This document shows, in pieces, positions 1-14,505 of a stretch of DNA of 64,000 nucleotides (the stretch's first letter is position 1; each line of letters starts with the position of its first letter). This DNA is from Tubiluchus corallicola (Eukaryota > Animalia > Priapulida), in contig JAQGDQ010000002.1 of assembly GCA_030141605.1 (NCBI GenBank), forward strand, positions 3,038,001-3,102,000. The letters run 5' to 3'. Below the pieces are notes generated by a model, which did no database searches, was not told where the DNA came from, and saw only the letters and a program-made list of their open reading frames with translations. The position numbers were made by a program, and so were the translations under genes.

Positions 1-837
1 TTTTACTTATTTTGTCTCATGTAACTACAATCTTACAATAAAGTGTCAGTAACAATTAAGTAGCCAGAAAGAGAGACGGTAAAGAAAGAATATTCGGTTA
101 ACAAGCATTCATCACCCACTCTTAATACTATGATACAAAAGTACATTTTAGTAAACAGTGGATAGGATTCAACTGATTAAAAAAGTACATTAATAAATCT
201 AGAATTTCACTTTTATAACAAGATATCTTTTTCGCTATGGATAATGAAACAAAATTACTCTGATGGTACAACTTCTGTCAGTATTGTAACTCTTCGTATG
301 ATGGAATTAAAATACGGTAAACAATGCAGATTAATATGTTCTGGCATAGACATTTGCTAAGGTGTTGTTCATTTAGAGAACTCTAATGCAGAAGCTGTTA
401 AAAGCCACACCACCAACTGTTTGCGAAATAGCATGGTGATTGGAAATATCCATTCTAGTAAAGCAACATGAAATTTAACAAACTAAAATGGAAGATTAAC
501 AAGCTGAAAACAGAAGCAGAACAAAAGCAGTTGTTAAAACTGGTTATATCATCAGTTATCGATCATGAGAGCTAATGCAAAGAAATAAAACATTTTCACA
601 AGTTCTTTCTTTACCAAAAAATTGTAACTTATTTATATATCAGTTGGTTGTTTTAAAACCCAGACTAGTTTTCTGGGATAGTATATATAATGTCCTCTTC
701 AAGACCTGCATATGTGAATGTTAAAAAATGGAAAATATTTGTGATCCTACTCACTGTTTCAAGGACTTGCTTGTTTTAATAAACAAATGAACTACCTCTG
801 ATTAGCAGTTAAGGACATAAAGAAAGACTTCCTATAC

Positions 838-3800
838 CTATCGGCAAATAGCAGCATGTGACGAGGCAGTTCCCCCTGAGGTACTGCATCTGGAGCTTCT
901 TGTAGCTTGATCATCTGATAATCAACACATTTACATTTATCTGGTACAATGAAATATGGATCCAGGGGGCACTTTGGTCTGCCAGCTTGATCACTATAAT
1001 GCATTAAAACCTCAATTATAATACATGAAAAAGAATCTTAATTCAACGAGAAAGCTGCAAATATACAAAAAAAAACATACCTAAAATATATTATCATATG
1101 CCCATACATCTATCGTAGACATTGGCAGGCAAAAATGCCGAACAAAAGAAATCTGCCTCCAAGACAGGTAAACACAGGAATTCAGCAAAAAACTAGACAA
1201 TACTATGCCAATGGCTTGTCATCACCACATCCTATAACCATTACATATATTACATTATTATTATCATTATGTTCATAATAGCAGATCAAAAAGATACTTA
1301 CGTGTTACACTTGCGAGGTAAGGAATATCCCTCCATACCAGGTTTTACGGCTAAGTTGGGTATGTAGGTTCGACAGCTGCGGCACTGAATAGTAATGCGG
1401 GTGGCTTTAGCTTTGATGGCAGATTGAGCGACGATTATTCCTGGTATCTTGACTAGCTTAGAAACCATCTCACTCTAAAACAATATGTAGCAATTAAAAT
1501 CATTTGACTATGCAAAGTACTCAATGTTTCTATGACAAGGTTAGCAATATCAGATTAAAAATCTACAGAGACCATATGCAGCTCGTCTTAAGCATACAGA
1601 TAAAATGCTATGTTATGATTGTGTTAACGCTGCTATGGATGTCCGGGTAACTTTGTGCGAAAAGTAAACATACACCCTAGTCTGTAAATGAGCTGAAACT
1701 TGACCAGTTATCAGAAGAAATGCTGTTGAATGAAGGCATGACAAATTTTGTGGACAAACAGCACAGTCTAGCAGTGACGACGTCCTTTGATTAATATAGA
1801 GTAAACTCGTTAATGTAGTCAAAATGATGTAGTTTCACTCAGATAACAAACAAATCGCTTAGCAAAATCTAGGTAGTAGATTCCTTAGTTATAGTAATTT
1901 CTACTGTCATTTGGTTAACCAAATAGTGGGAAAACGTAGCTCTAGAAAGTTTGCAGCTTCGAAACCTGCGTGCTACAACTAGTGTTAAACGTTTCTATGA
2001 AAGACGTAATTAATTCAACGTGGCAGCTGATCAAAAAATTGCATGCTACAGTGCAAAATGATCACTAGCGTGAATAGTTGTTAGGGAAGGATGCTGGCAC
2101 AAAAGAATCAATGGTGGAAGTTTATAAAAATACTGTGTGCGAATATTAACTTTAGCATTTTACCGACAATTAGAGATTGAATTTTGCGCATTACGTGTGC
2201 TATCTCTATAGTAAACAGCTTTTCTAATTATTCCCAATTATAATGCTGAAATTTTCAGGAACAATTTGACAGTACCATGAAATGAACCAAAACCACTGGT
2301 TCAAGAAGCCAAACCAAACCAAGTCCCTGTTCTATAAAAGCTTAGACGCAGTCAATGAATAAATAAAGATGGGTTAATAAATAATGGATTAAATAAAATT
2401 CTAACAGAATGTTACAAACGTTGAGCAATGTATGTAGTAATAGGACTGCCGAACAACTTTCTAAATTATAGTAAAAAGTTTATTGTCATGTTTACTTATT
2501 TTTTAGTAAGTAAATATGTTCGAGATAATCTTGTATTTGAGACATTGAAACATACGATAGACAATATAGTTAACTAGCAAAACCTGGCTTGGTTTATGAA
2601 TTGCTGCTCACTATGCTTGCAGGCTCATTCCGGTGATGGTGCAACTTTTTCTTGCCTTTCATTCTCTCTTTCTTCATCCCTCCCTTTTTCCCTTTCTCTA
2701 TTTCTCTCTCTCTCCTCTCATTTCACCCTCTCCTGGTCATTTTAGACATATAACTATGTCCTATGAAATTTATTATTAAAACTTTAGACCTGTGTTTAAT
2801 TAGAATAATGTTGTCCACTAAAAGAATTGTTTACGTCATCTCCTCAAAGAATTTTTGCATTAAAATAAAAGTTAACCATTGAAAAATCAGCCATCAGAAA
2901 TAAATTTCTGTAAAAATTAATGTCTAGTGGCCACCCTCTAGGGCATGACGATCAAGACGATATAGCACTTTTAGCCTTCAATACGATGAGCATCATACAA
3001 AACGGTAACCCTGGCTGAGAGTTAGCCGTGCAAAAACATGGCTGTGTCCTGCGCTCTGTGTATACTGCGAATGAACGATGTTATAATAATGACTGCGTTT
3101 TATGTTTTAAATAAAAAAATGCGCTTTTGAAATCACTGCATTAAAGAAGTATATGAACTTACAAAAAAATTATAAAATTCCTGGCTGGGTGCGCGATAAA
3201 AAAATATTACCAGGGCGATTAGACAGAAACAGAAGTATTTTTACTGTCGGCCTTATTAATAGATAGCACTCAATTCAACACCGCATTACTAAAATACAAA
3301 TAATAATCCTACAATCTCAATTTCTCAAGTAATGAAGCTAAATAGGTTTCTGATTGCCTGCATCAAAATTAAATGGATTCAGAATCTTGCGTAGACAAGG
3401 CTGATGCCACTATGCTCATGAAATGCGTTTTCTTAAATTTTCTACTTTTAAGGATGATAATTGATATCATTACAGCAGACCTTTAAGTCACGAATGCTGG
3501 AAGGATTTGCATCTGATGTCAGTAAAACCTGAATGTCTTGCAATTCTTCTTCACCTTCAGCTCTGGGTCTTGTTACTTCATCTGCAACTTCTTTTGCAGC
3601 TTCTTCAAACTATGAAATAAAAAGATGTTTTCAAATAAAAAGCAAATGGATGACAGAATCGTTAAGTTTATAAGCTTACAATATGTGTAAATCTAACAAG
3701 GCAGGCATACTAGTCAGGATTCCCTTCAATATTTTTCTTACAAGTTTAGTTTTTTGTTTAGAAACTAGTTGCATCATATTTTGACATAGTCTATGTACTT

Positions 3801-6800
3801 TTCTGTGTTTAGTAAAGAAGATCTAAAACAATTTACTGACTGAAATAGTAATAATTAATCCAGATGAGATTAAAATTCTAGTTCTTAGTGCATACCACAA
3901 GAATAAAAAAACAGCTTGTTATCTGCTGCTTATGCGGCTTTACGAAATTAACTGCTTAATTATAAGCGCAGAAATAAGTGCACAAACAAAATTTGTTTAA
4001 TTAAAGTAATCACAGATTTCAACTCAAACTGCTTACAAAAAAAACAGGTTATAGGCTATAGAGAAACTTGTGACAACATCCTATGCTGCAAATAGTTGAC
4101 TTCACCTGTGTAAAAAAGTTGATTTACTAACCAGGTATAGCTGTATTATAAAAACTGTTTTATTTAACTGTAAGCAGATAGGCGAAGCATTGTACAGTAT
4201 TAGACAACACAGCAATAATTATAATAATGATTTTGAGTGTTGTTGTTGATTTTGACTTAAAAAAACACATAATTAGTTAGTTACCAACTGCAAATACTCT
4301 GTAGGCTGCTTTAAAAGTTTTTCTGCAAGTTCCTCGTCATAGCTAGCAATGTCTGTCAAACTTACTTCCAGCCAGTATTGTCGCAAATTATAATGACGCT
4401 TCAATTGATCTCTGAAAATCAAAGGCTTAACATTATTAAAAAAACTTAATTAGTTAATTACTAATTAATGTAGTTAAGTTATCAAGCTACTAATGACGTG
4501 TATTTTCCAACCTCAAGAAAGGGACAGAGCCTAACGTCAGTTATAAAAATTTCATACATGATGTGTGTGGGAGGTTTAGAAAAAATCTAAATGTGTGGAA
4601 CTTAATAATCAATTTTATTGGCATGAAGCTGTAAACTCCAACTGAATTGAAATCTCTCAAAGCAGTATTGCTCTTGCCTGAATATAGAATTTTAATAAAC
4701 CTGACTTTTATTTGGTTTAACTGATCTAGCTCTTTGTAAATATCACAAGTCTGTTAATAAATATTAAGCATTATTGTAATAAAGCAAATAATAATGCACA
4801 CAGCAAAGTACAAAAACTCTACAAATTGAAGTTATAGTCATTAGATGCCAAACATAGCTATTGAGTTTTGATGTGTTATATTCTCACAGCAAGTTTACAA
4901 CTTGGCACTATATTTTGCACCTTCGAATGCCAAATAATGTAAACAATGGCAGCACTGAATTTGATTAAGCCTTCCACTACGTTTTCACTACACAACAAAA
5001 AACAAAACTTGAAAGTGCAACAGTGTGAACGGTAAACAATTTTTTACGCATTAGCAACGATCAATGATAATCAAAGACAGTTTAAAATTTCCAGTTCATT
5101 TGTTTTTTTACTATAAGCAATTTTTATGTGATTTGTGTTACTCCTCTTTCAATATCTAGCGACATGGAGGTTAGTCGCATGGATTTGTGCATTTACTTTG
5201 CACAAATGGCTGATGACCACTTGGGTTCACTATTAGCTCTTAGCTGTATAATTCGTCACACTGACTGTTCTGACCTACTAACCATCTAGAGGGAGCATGT
5301 GTTTTCATTCAAACGTATCACCAAGACATCTCTGCCAAGTCAGCGGCTTCTTTGAGGCTCAGTGGTACTTCTCTTTATAAGTTTTCAAAATTCGTGTGAT
5401 ACATACGTTATACACTGACATATTATAGTGCCTTACTATACTAAAAATCATACTAGGGAACCTTTTTCTTTACCTGGGTACCCGATTGTTAAGATTCAGC
5501 GGCAGTGAAATACTGAAATCATTTTTATTTGCAAATAAAAACCACTGGTGAGTTTCAACTAACTGCACTGTTATCTTAACAATAAGTAGTCACTTATTGC
5601 ATGCTGAGGGCCTGAACACACAAGCCATGAGTCACAAAAACTAGTGCTTTGCCATGCTTAGCATTTGACACTTTTCCCAAACTTAATTTGTCAGCTTCTT
5701 AATTACTCTTTGTGTAATCGTCGCTTTATCAAGCACTCAAACTACATCAGCCCTGAGCAGCATTACTACAGTGTAGGAATTAAGGGAAAATAATAATCTA
5801 TATTACCCTTTTGGCACGTTGTTAAACTTAATAATCTGTTTATGTGTATCTTTGCTAGTGGAGTGGAATAGTTTTTCAAATCTTAATAAACAATTTCGTT
5901 ATAGTTAACCTATTGGTAAAAAAAATCATAGATTGTTTTTATAGATCGTCCCTACAGCAAAGTTGTTTGAGCTGCCATGCTAGAGAGATGAAGATCTGAT
6001 AGAGGTAGACAATCGTTACTGGCTTGGCTTTAGTACAGTAGATGTATAGTGTTCCCTCACTTATCGTGGGTGTTCCGTTCTAGGCCCACCCGCGATAAGT
6101 GAAGTTCCGCGAAGTAGTTTTGGTGTGTATTCATCCTTCGAATAAATACACCATTTACTGTAAATGGTAATTTTTTACGATTTATAATATTCTTTTAATG
6201 TTAGAATTAATAGTTTTAATATATTTTTATACATTTTGTGATTTTTTATGCAAAATTCGCCAAATCTATATATTACTGTACAATACGTACTACGCATGTG
6301 CAAAATATTTTAGACGGAGAATAAAAAAACCCGCGAAATAGCGAAAATACCGTGATAAATATTTTACATTAATATTTTTGAAAACCTGCGAAACAGCAGG
6401 TCTGCGATAAACGAACCACGAAGCAGCGAGGGAACACTGTAGTTCAAATAATAATACGCAATAATTTGTCAATGACCAACTCTAATGCGTTTCAGTCTAG
6501 GCTGGCATGCGTACAGGTACATGCAGAATAATTATTAATATGTAACATACAAAGTTTATAACACTTTTATAACAGTCATCAGCAGATGAAGACACATCAA
6601 GTCAACTCTATAAGAAAACTTGTGCAGTGTAAACTTAATAAATGTAAATTTGTTTTATTTAAGCAAAATAAATGGTATTACAATAAGCATTTTAACGATT
6701 TTTCTTATTGTACAGTTTGTACCCTTAATAATAATGTTTTTATTAATATTATACCTGTATATATGCGAAAAGTTTCCAGTGTAAAACTGTCTAATAAATT

Positions 6801-6909
6801 CTTTAAATCTGCGTAAACTAGCAACTCTGTTAATGTGATCCTGGTTTTGTTCATCTTCCGTTCCAAAATTATCTGAGAAAAATATTCCTGGATCATCAAA
6901 ACCTGCCAT
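838..6909 (-). CDS. MCM5: DNA replication licensing factor MCM5, first five coding exons (gene continues beyond the left edge)
   Basis: Exons 6909-6755, 4411-4285, 3609-3481, 1474-1302 and 993-838 have GT-AG boundaries and consistent phases. Translation: [16 protein letters not shown]...[18 protein letters not shown]...[16 protein letters not shown]...KLVKIPGII...CRSC...[59 protein letters not shown], the characteristic MCM5 N-terminal, OB and zinc-finger region. Confidence 0.97.
6047..6439. mobile_element. pogo/Tigger-like MITE in MCM5 intron 1
   Basis: Terminal inverted repeats TAGTGTTCCCTCAC...GCGAGGGAACACTG, flanked by TA at 6045-46 and 6440-41, with internal (C)GCGA(T/A)A repeats and no ORF. 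Confidence 0.75.
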
Positions 6910-6956
6910 TTCCACTTCGTTGTTGTGGTTTCAGAGTAGACATGTGTTTCTGCGAA

Positions 6957-6968
6957 TTGGCGGGAAAA
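6957..6968. promoter_or_regulatory. E2F site about 48 bp upstream of the MCM5 start codon
   Basis: TTGGCGGGAAAA (reverse complement TTTTCCCGCCAA) is a canonical E2F motif in a CpG-enriched patch; MCM genes are established E2F targets. Confidence 0.7.
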
Positions 6969-7888
6969 AGTACGGAAGTACCCGAAGTTGGGCGCCGCTT
7001 ACAGCAGTCGCTTATATACAGCAGTTGCGCTACTATTCATGCGCTAAATTTGGTTTATTACAACTTTTCACAAATATATTTCGTGTAGCCTTTCGTAATT
7101 TGATATAAAATTTTACTTAATTGCGGGTTTGTAACGATATGTTTACAGCAATCACAGCAAGATTGTAATAATTTGTTTATAAGTATAATGTGTAAGTGGA
7201 TTAAATTAGATGAGGCACCTAAATTTAATTATAAAAAGTGTTAAGTGCGAAAATCCCAGTGTTTATGAACTTTCTTCTAATTTCGCTTTGGACAAAATTG
7301 AAGCTAGTTTATGGAGTTACTAGTAATAATAACTATTTGAGCTTTTCAGGGCATTAGCATAAAGAAATGAGTGCATGCCTGATGTGACTAAAACTTTGGT
7401 TTCAAAAAAAATTGCTGCTGTAAGTGTAGGCCCATGCAGTATAATTATGTTTTAGTTGTCTAATATTACTGTAGTTTAGCATGTTATTTACTTTGTTTTG
7501 TTTATTATTTCTTTGCAATAATTTATAAATTTATATTTATCTTTATTTTGTAATACGTTTTATGATACTGCATTATTAACCCTTATTTGCACTAGAGCTG
7601 GCTTAGAATTAATGTTTTTATTTTGTCGAATATACATATATTTTAAATTAGCATTGATATTTTAAATTACTATTATTAAATAAATAAAGAAAACGTACAT
7701 AGCGGCTATCACTAAGGTAAAATGGACTCAATTTCTGCTGGAGATGTGTGCGTGGGTAGCCAGGACCAGGCACCGCACTTTACGGTATATAGGCTAGTAC
7801 GGTAAATAGCGTCCAACATCTGACGAGATTTTTGGCCAATTTGATTGGTTGGCGCAATCTTTCGGCGGTAGCGATCCAGGAGCCCAAC

Positions 7889-10800
7889 ATGTCTGCTCCC
7901 ATAAATAGTGGCAATGCATTACAGATTATAAGTTTAGCATTGATTTTTATCATATTTTTTTTCATTATAGGTAAGCGTTGGTTAATAACAAGAACTTTTT
8001 GCTTAATTCTTGTTGAATGTATGATTATCTGTTTATAGTAAATAAGTTAAAATGTGTTTTACGTTTTCTTTTTTAGTAATGTGTTATAAATTACTGCGAA
8101 GATTTGTAGGTGGAGGTGTTTGTCAGAGTTCTGCAAGACTTGATGGCAAAGTCGTCATTGTAACTGGATCAAATACTGGAATTGGTAAAGAAACGGCCAG
8201 AGATTTAGCTGGAAGAGGTAACAGCTGCTGACCATTTGATTTAAAAATGAGTATCAAGCGTAGAAAGTAATACTGGGCATCATGTCCTCCCAAGGAGGGG
8301 CAAAATATGTTCCAGAAATAAATCAAAATAAAAGTTGTCATAAAATTAAGGCAAAAATAAGGTAATTTTGGATACTGCAGTTACTGCTGAACTTTCTTAT
8401 GCAGTTATTTCAGCTTTGTATGTTTTATATTTATAATTAAATTTTTATATTGTTCTTTTGTAGACATGAAAAAAATTCAATAGTGCCTCAAAGTGGTAAA
8501 GTACGTGAAGGAAAAATTTTGTGTCAATTAAGCAAAGTTATTTGAGTCAATTACCGATAGTTTTTATGTATGTTTGAATAGAAGCGGCCCGTGCCAGGCG
8601 TTTTTGAGTCAATTAAGCGATTGAGTCTATTAACCGTGAATCTATTAAGCGGCGACTACGGTATATAGATATATATATATATGTAGAGAGAGAGAGTACA
8701 GACATCCATTTTCATATATGGCACAAAAACGTGCCAAAGTTTTGGTCACGATAGTGTCAGATGTTTTTGTATAAGCATCAAAAATTACAAGTCATTCTCT
8801 TACATGACGCTCAAATTTTTGGTAAAAGTAAAATTATAGATATTTTACTTACCTTTGCAATGAAATTGTTTCCCATATCTTGTGATCAAAGTTCAGTGTG
8901 AAAATTATTATGCAACCTGAATCATTCAAGGAAAATCTTGTTTAGTGGCACAAAAATACATGTAAAATGACTTAGGTCATTTTAAAAGATGTGTAAGCAG
9001 TACTTAATGTTTTTTTGTTCTGTGTAGTGTTATATGGCGACACACACACGGATACACACGCACACACACACACCCACACACAGAACAATGCCAAGTTTGA
9101 AATTTGAAAAAATAAAAAGTTAACTACCTTGAAAAAGGCAGCATGGTTTTCATTAATTTTTTTTGTGAGGTCTTCCACATATTTGATCAGTCAGCAACCT
9201 TTGTCTACACTGGTTGACTGATGTTTCATGATCCCTCTACGTTGCGGTCATAATACCAAGATAATGCATTAAATGATGCACTATGAGGGAGACTGGCATT
9301 GTATGATTGCAAGTGATTCATTATCACAGGCTACAATCATGTCTTCAGTTATTATGTAGAAACAAAGGTTACTTTTATTTAAACTAGGAAACTTTTCAAA
9401 CAGGTACTGGGTAAAAGCTGTAAGCATTCAGTGCTATATTAAAAAAAGTCCCTTTCAAGTAAAAGCAATAGTTACAGATACAGGTTGCTACCAATGAATA
9501 GATACATGTAGTTTGTCTTAGTTGATAGTGACTTCATGTAAATAAAGTTGTCAGAGACGCACATGAAGAAACACTCATGCACAACGACACATACATTGGT
9601 ACAAAAGAGAAAAAAATCTGCTACGTCAATGAATATTAATAAAAGCATTATTAGCTAAAAATACCTTATAACGCTTAGCAGCTATATGCAAGGAAAAAAT
9701 GGGGAGAGAGACTGTCTAATATCGGTGATTGTTTAATGTCAAAATCTTCGACTGACTGCCATTTTGTACACAGTCAAGTGTGCATTGTTAGCAGAACTAG
9801 TTAACAAATGTTTTAGCTTGTGAATTAATTTTCTTTGATGCCCTTAGAATTACCGCTTAAGAGGGAGTATAGATCTCAAGGTTAGTCGTCATATGGAGGT
9901 GGAAGTTAAATAATAAACAAAGTTTATTGCACAGTGTATGTTATTAATTTTGTCTTTTCTTATCTGAAGCTGTAATTTGTATGTTTTCAGGTGCTAAAGT
10001 GATATTAGCTTGCCGAAATCTTGAAAAAGCACAAACTGCTGCTGATGAAATTATTAGGGTTACAGATAACAATAATGTAATTGTCAGAGAAGTAGACCTG
10101 GCATCCTTCGCATCAGTTCGCAAGTTTGCTGAAAACATTCTGAAGACTGAGTCAAGGCTAGATATACTCATTAATAATGCTGGTATGAAGTAGATGCAGT
10201 ACAAAATAAAATAAAATGAAGTACAGTAAATCATCGCTTAATGACTGAACAGTAAGCACTTCATTCTCAGTAGCTCAACAACAATTCTTTACTTAATTTA
10301 AAGCACTAAAACAGTACTTTTTCATTATTTTGTTCTAAAAATACTACTAGTAACATTAGATAGTATAATATTATTTATGTTTTTGCTTCTTGACAGACTG
10401 CCAAATGTTGCTATAGTTGCTATAGTAACCATTGTTTAGATGAGATTGTCCGAGGACTACCTTGATTTAACTTTTTGCTGTGAAATGTTTAACTGCTGAC
10501 TGTGTGCTGACCTAATGAACAAGTTTGCTGTTTTGTGTGCTGTCAGTCATTTTTGCTTTGGTTCACTTGTAATGACTGCACCATTGCCACTCCACCAGTA
10601 GTGGTCAACAGTTGTGTAGCATTCTGCAAAATAAGCAAAGTGTGCAGAATGTTTGCTGCAATTTTGTTGTCACTAGTTTTGCACAGGTGACATACAGGCT
10701 CCATTTGTTGTAGCATTAAAACTTACAAATTCTTTTTTGTTTTTCTTTCTGCAGACAACAGGAGTTTGTTTGCTTTGCATAATTTGCATATGGCACATCA

Positions 10801-13800
10801 GCTTTTAAACACAGTATTGTTTAAAATGGGATTTAATCTTTGTGCGAAATAGTTGCTTATAAGATTAGAGATTGGTGATTAGTGATTAGACTATATGACC
10901 GATATGGTTATTATCTTTGTGTCACTACAGAGGGGTTGCTTGCCTCTGCACATGAATGATATATAGTGTAGCTATTGTTATTCAAATTACTCAAACTGCT
11001 TGGCATTTATTATTTGTGAATGATATGTTATAGGACTGATACACCCATATAGGAAAACAGAGGATGGTTATGAGTGGACGTTTCAAATAAACCATCTTAG
11101 TCCATTTCTTCTAACAAATCTCTTGTTAGACTTACTGAAAAAATCAGGTCCATCACGTGTTGTCACTGTGTCTTCTGTAGTTCACAAAGGTAAGTTGCTA
11201 AATTTGTTTGCAGAATGGCTGCTGAATATAGTATTGGAATATAAAACTAAATAACTCATTGAGTTATTGTCATTGATTAGAATTTGCTAAGTTACATTGT
11301 TGATGACACTTAAATACCTAAACTAATGGCAATACCCTTTATACGCCTGCATGTGTTTTAGGTGGAAGCTTAAATTTTGATGATTTAAACTATGAGAATC
11401 GACTGCTGTATACATCAGGAAAAGGTTATGCAGATAGTAAATTATGTAATATACTCTTTGCTAAAGAACTGGCTCGCAGGTGTAAAGGTATGCATGTTAT
11501 TCATTTAGAAAAGAAAATTGTTTCAGTTTGACTAACACGGTGAAACTGTAGTGCTATAACAACTGTTCACAAATTTATTATCATTATCTGCATTTTTGAA
11601 GCCTTTGAAGGAAAAAGGTAAAAAAGTGTTTAGTGTCACAGACTGATATGACTATGTGAGGGCCTGGAGACACATGTCCTGGGGCCTTCATTTTGGTTAA
11701 TAGAATTGTCCTTTTAGCTTGATATTTATTATGCTTGTAACCTTTCCTTATTTGACTTTTGACCAGAATTATTAGCCGATTGTTTTCATAAATAAAAAAG
11801 TTAACATTGATAATTAAGTTGATAAGATAATTAACTTGGACTACTCCCTTGAAAATGTCATACTTTTTATTTGGAAAATTTATGCATTAATCTAATTAAA
11901 GTCTCAGTTTTTTGGTGGCTATGACATCCAGATAACCTCGTAAATTGCAACAAATACAAAGGCTGCTAGTGTTCCGTGTCAGTTCTTGCTATTGGGGCTT
12001 GCAAGTATATTTCTTGACTCCTAGTTGATTTTTCCTTTGTTTTTCATTAGTTTGCTACTAGCATTGAACATGACATGACATTTTTTATATTTTAGGTACA
12101 GGTGTCTCATCATTTTCTTTACATCCCGGTACTGTCCAGAGCGAATTTGGACGTGATTATTTTATATTCCGACTAGGCATGGCAGTAGTAAAGCCATTTA
12201 TACTCAAAACATCTCAAGAAGGTGCACAGACTAGCATCTATTGTGCCGTTACAGAGGGATTAGAGGCAAAGTCTGGCGAATATTTCAGGTACAGTGATAA
12301 GCTTCAAGTAAAATGATTGGTATTAAAATATGTTAAACTTTTTGGTACATTTTTTATGAACATCGTAGAATGTACCAATAATTTCTGCTTCTTTTTGAAG
12401 GCATAGAAGTGCCTGTTTGCAAACATCTAAGTACAGTATAACATCATTATAGCAAACTTGCTAGGAGTAGGGACACAGAAAAGGATAACCGAGGTACACT
12501 ATAAGCATACACGGCTAATCGTGTGTATATGACTATTAGATAGATGGACAAGCACATATAAACAATAAAAGTATAAATAATATACAATGTGTGGTTTCAC
12601 AGAGGATGTAAAATACTTCTAGAATATGCTGCCAAGTACTACTTTGTAGTACATTCAAGTTCAATGAAGAGTATTTTTGTTGTGGAGATCGCTGGCATCT
12701 ATTAGAATTACATAGAACATTGTAGAATGTTCCATTGGAATGATCGTCTTACCATCTGGAATGTTCTGGAACATTACTTCTGGAAGCTTCTTCGGCGCGC
12801 TGTATAAGGCGAAGCAGGCCGCTGACAAGGGAGCTCGCACGGACGTATACTTACACATTCTCTTGTATACTTACATTTTCAGATACACTTAAACGTTTTC
12901 CAGATTTTCACGTTTACTGTAATCATTTCGCGTTCCTTCATACTTTTGTGTTGTAGAATTCTCGCTTAATAAAGTAGTTCAATTTGATGAAGTGTTTTCT
13001 GGTTTTCTCTACGAGCCTTCCGAGAGAAACAGAACACAACAAATATTGGCGCAGTCGACAGGATCCTTGGTAACTCAGTCAACAGTTGTTTATTCAAGCA
13101 ATGATGGCAGAGCAGATGGGCAAACTTATCAAGCTCCTCCGCCAGCAGTTGGATCAGCAGAGGGAACAGATGGATCGGCAGGCGCAGCAACACAAAGAAG
13201 ATATGGATGCTATGAGGAGGCTGCTTCATGCTCGAACTCCTGAAGAGAATTATAGCTCAAGCACCCACTTTCCACCTGCATCAACACTTACAGCTGCCAT
13301 TCCACCATTTGCTGCTTTTGATCCAACTTCTGAACTGTGGCCTGACTACTGGTCAAGATTTTGTACCTTCGTGGCAGCCAACGCAGTGCCTGACCAATGC
13401 AAGGCTCAAGTTTTCCTAACAAATCAGACTGCTGCCATCTACAAACAACTGGCAAATCTAGCGACGCAACAGTCTCCACCCAAGGATATCAACGAATTGA
13501 CAATTGACGAAATTGTCGACTTTATTTTGTGTGAGTTCAATAAACTAAAAATAATCGAATGTTTCATATTAAATTGTGTGTACACATTCAGCTATAAATT
13601 TAGGTGACTGACTTGTTCAATAAAGTCCATGAGATTAAAAAAAAAGTCTGTCAGATTTGTTTGCACCAAATTTCTGTTTATTTCTTGTATAAAAAGTTCT
13701 TGCAGTAAGATTCATCACATGATGAAAAATCTCAGCGGTTTCCTGCCTGCACACTTACATAAAACACCTGGATGCCAAGCCACCGAGTGACTCATTGTCT

Positions 13801-14505
13801 TTGTATGTAGTAGACAAGACGACCTTTCGATACAACATATCTCCACATGCTGCACTTCAAACTTGCCAAGAATTTAGCTGTAAATTAATTTGGAAATGGC
13901 TGGCAAAGGTAAAGTATGCAATAAGAACTTATAAATACATAGTTATGCAAACATTTGGGCCTGACAAAAAGTCCGCAATTCACAATAACCAAGTACACTG
14001 TATTCAGAACTATTATACAAGTTAAATAAATGCTGAAAGTTTGTTCTTTTCTGTGAGTTTGCATTACCAGTGCGTATGCAATGAACCATGCTTGCTGTAA
14101 AGGTGTTATACTGTACTTTCTTTGTGTAGTTGTCACCTGTCTGCTGAAGTATCACCAAGCAAGAGCCAAAAAGGTGAGGAACAATGGTAAATGTACAACC
14201 AAAAAGAATTTAATACTTTGACAGCTTGCACATTGAGAAGAACAAGTTCTTATAGTTCAATTAGCATTTACTCACTAGTCTCAGTATATTAAACAATAAT
14301 TGTGTGCAGTGAGTGTAAAGAAAAATTGACTTGGCAAAGCCTTGCTCTCCTCTGTTTTCGGTGATTGTTTGCTAGAACTTTGTTCTTTTTTAGTGATTGT
14401 GCTGTTGCAAGGCCTGGACAGAATGCTACAGATTTGGACATTGCAAGACAATTGTGGGAAATCAGCGAAGAGATGACTGGTTTGACAAGCAAGAAAACAG
14501 TGTAG
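7889..14505 (+). CDS. Retinol dehydrogenase 11/12/13-like short-chain dehydrogenase/reductase (~333 aa, N-terminal membrane anchor)
   Basis: Seven exons: 7889-7970, 8077-8217, 9991-10182, 11034-11189, 11362-11487, 12096-12288, 14394-14505 (1002 nt, in frame). Motifs: TGSNTGIG (TGxxxGIG), [22 protein letters not shown], catalytic YADSK (YxxxK), [22 protein letters not shown]. Confidence 0.95.
8515..8663. mobile_element. Right end of a pogo/Tigger-like MITE (partial) in RDH intron 2
   Basis: Repeated (G)AGTCAATTAA/TCTATTAA units ending ...TATTAAGCGGCGACTACGG-TA, resembling a pogo-type terminus; no left end found. Confidence 0.4.
12678..13525 (+). mobile_element. Ty3/Gypsy (Mag-like) LTR retrotransposon remnant: 5' LTR, PBS and truncated gag, in RDH intron 6
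   Basis: LTR 12678-13041 bounded by TGTTGTG...CACAACA, with AATAAA at 12968. PBS TGGCGCAGTCGACAGGAT at 13047-13064 resembles the complement of a tRNA-Ser 3' end. The gag-like ORF ([15 protein letters not shown]...FVAAN...KAQVFLTNQ...YKQL) breaks into AT-rich host sequence at ~13525. Confidence 0.85.
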
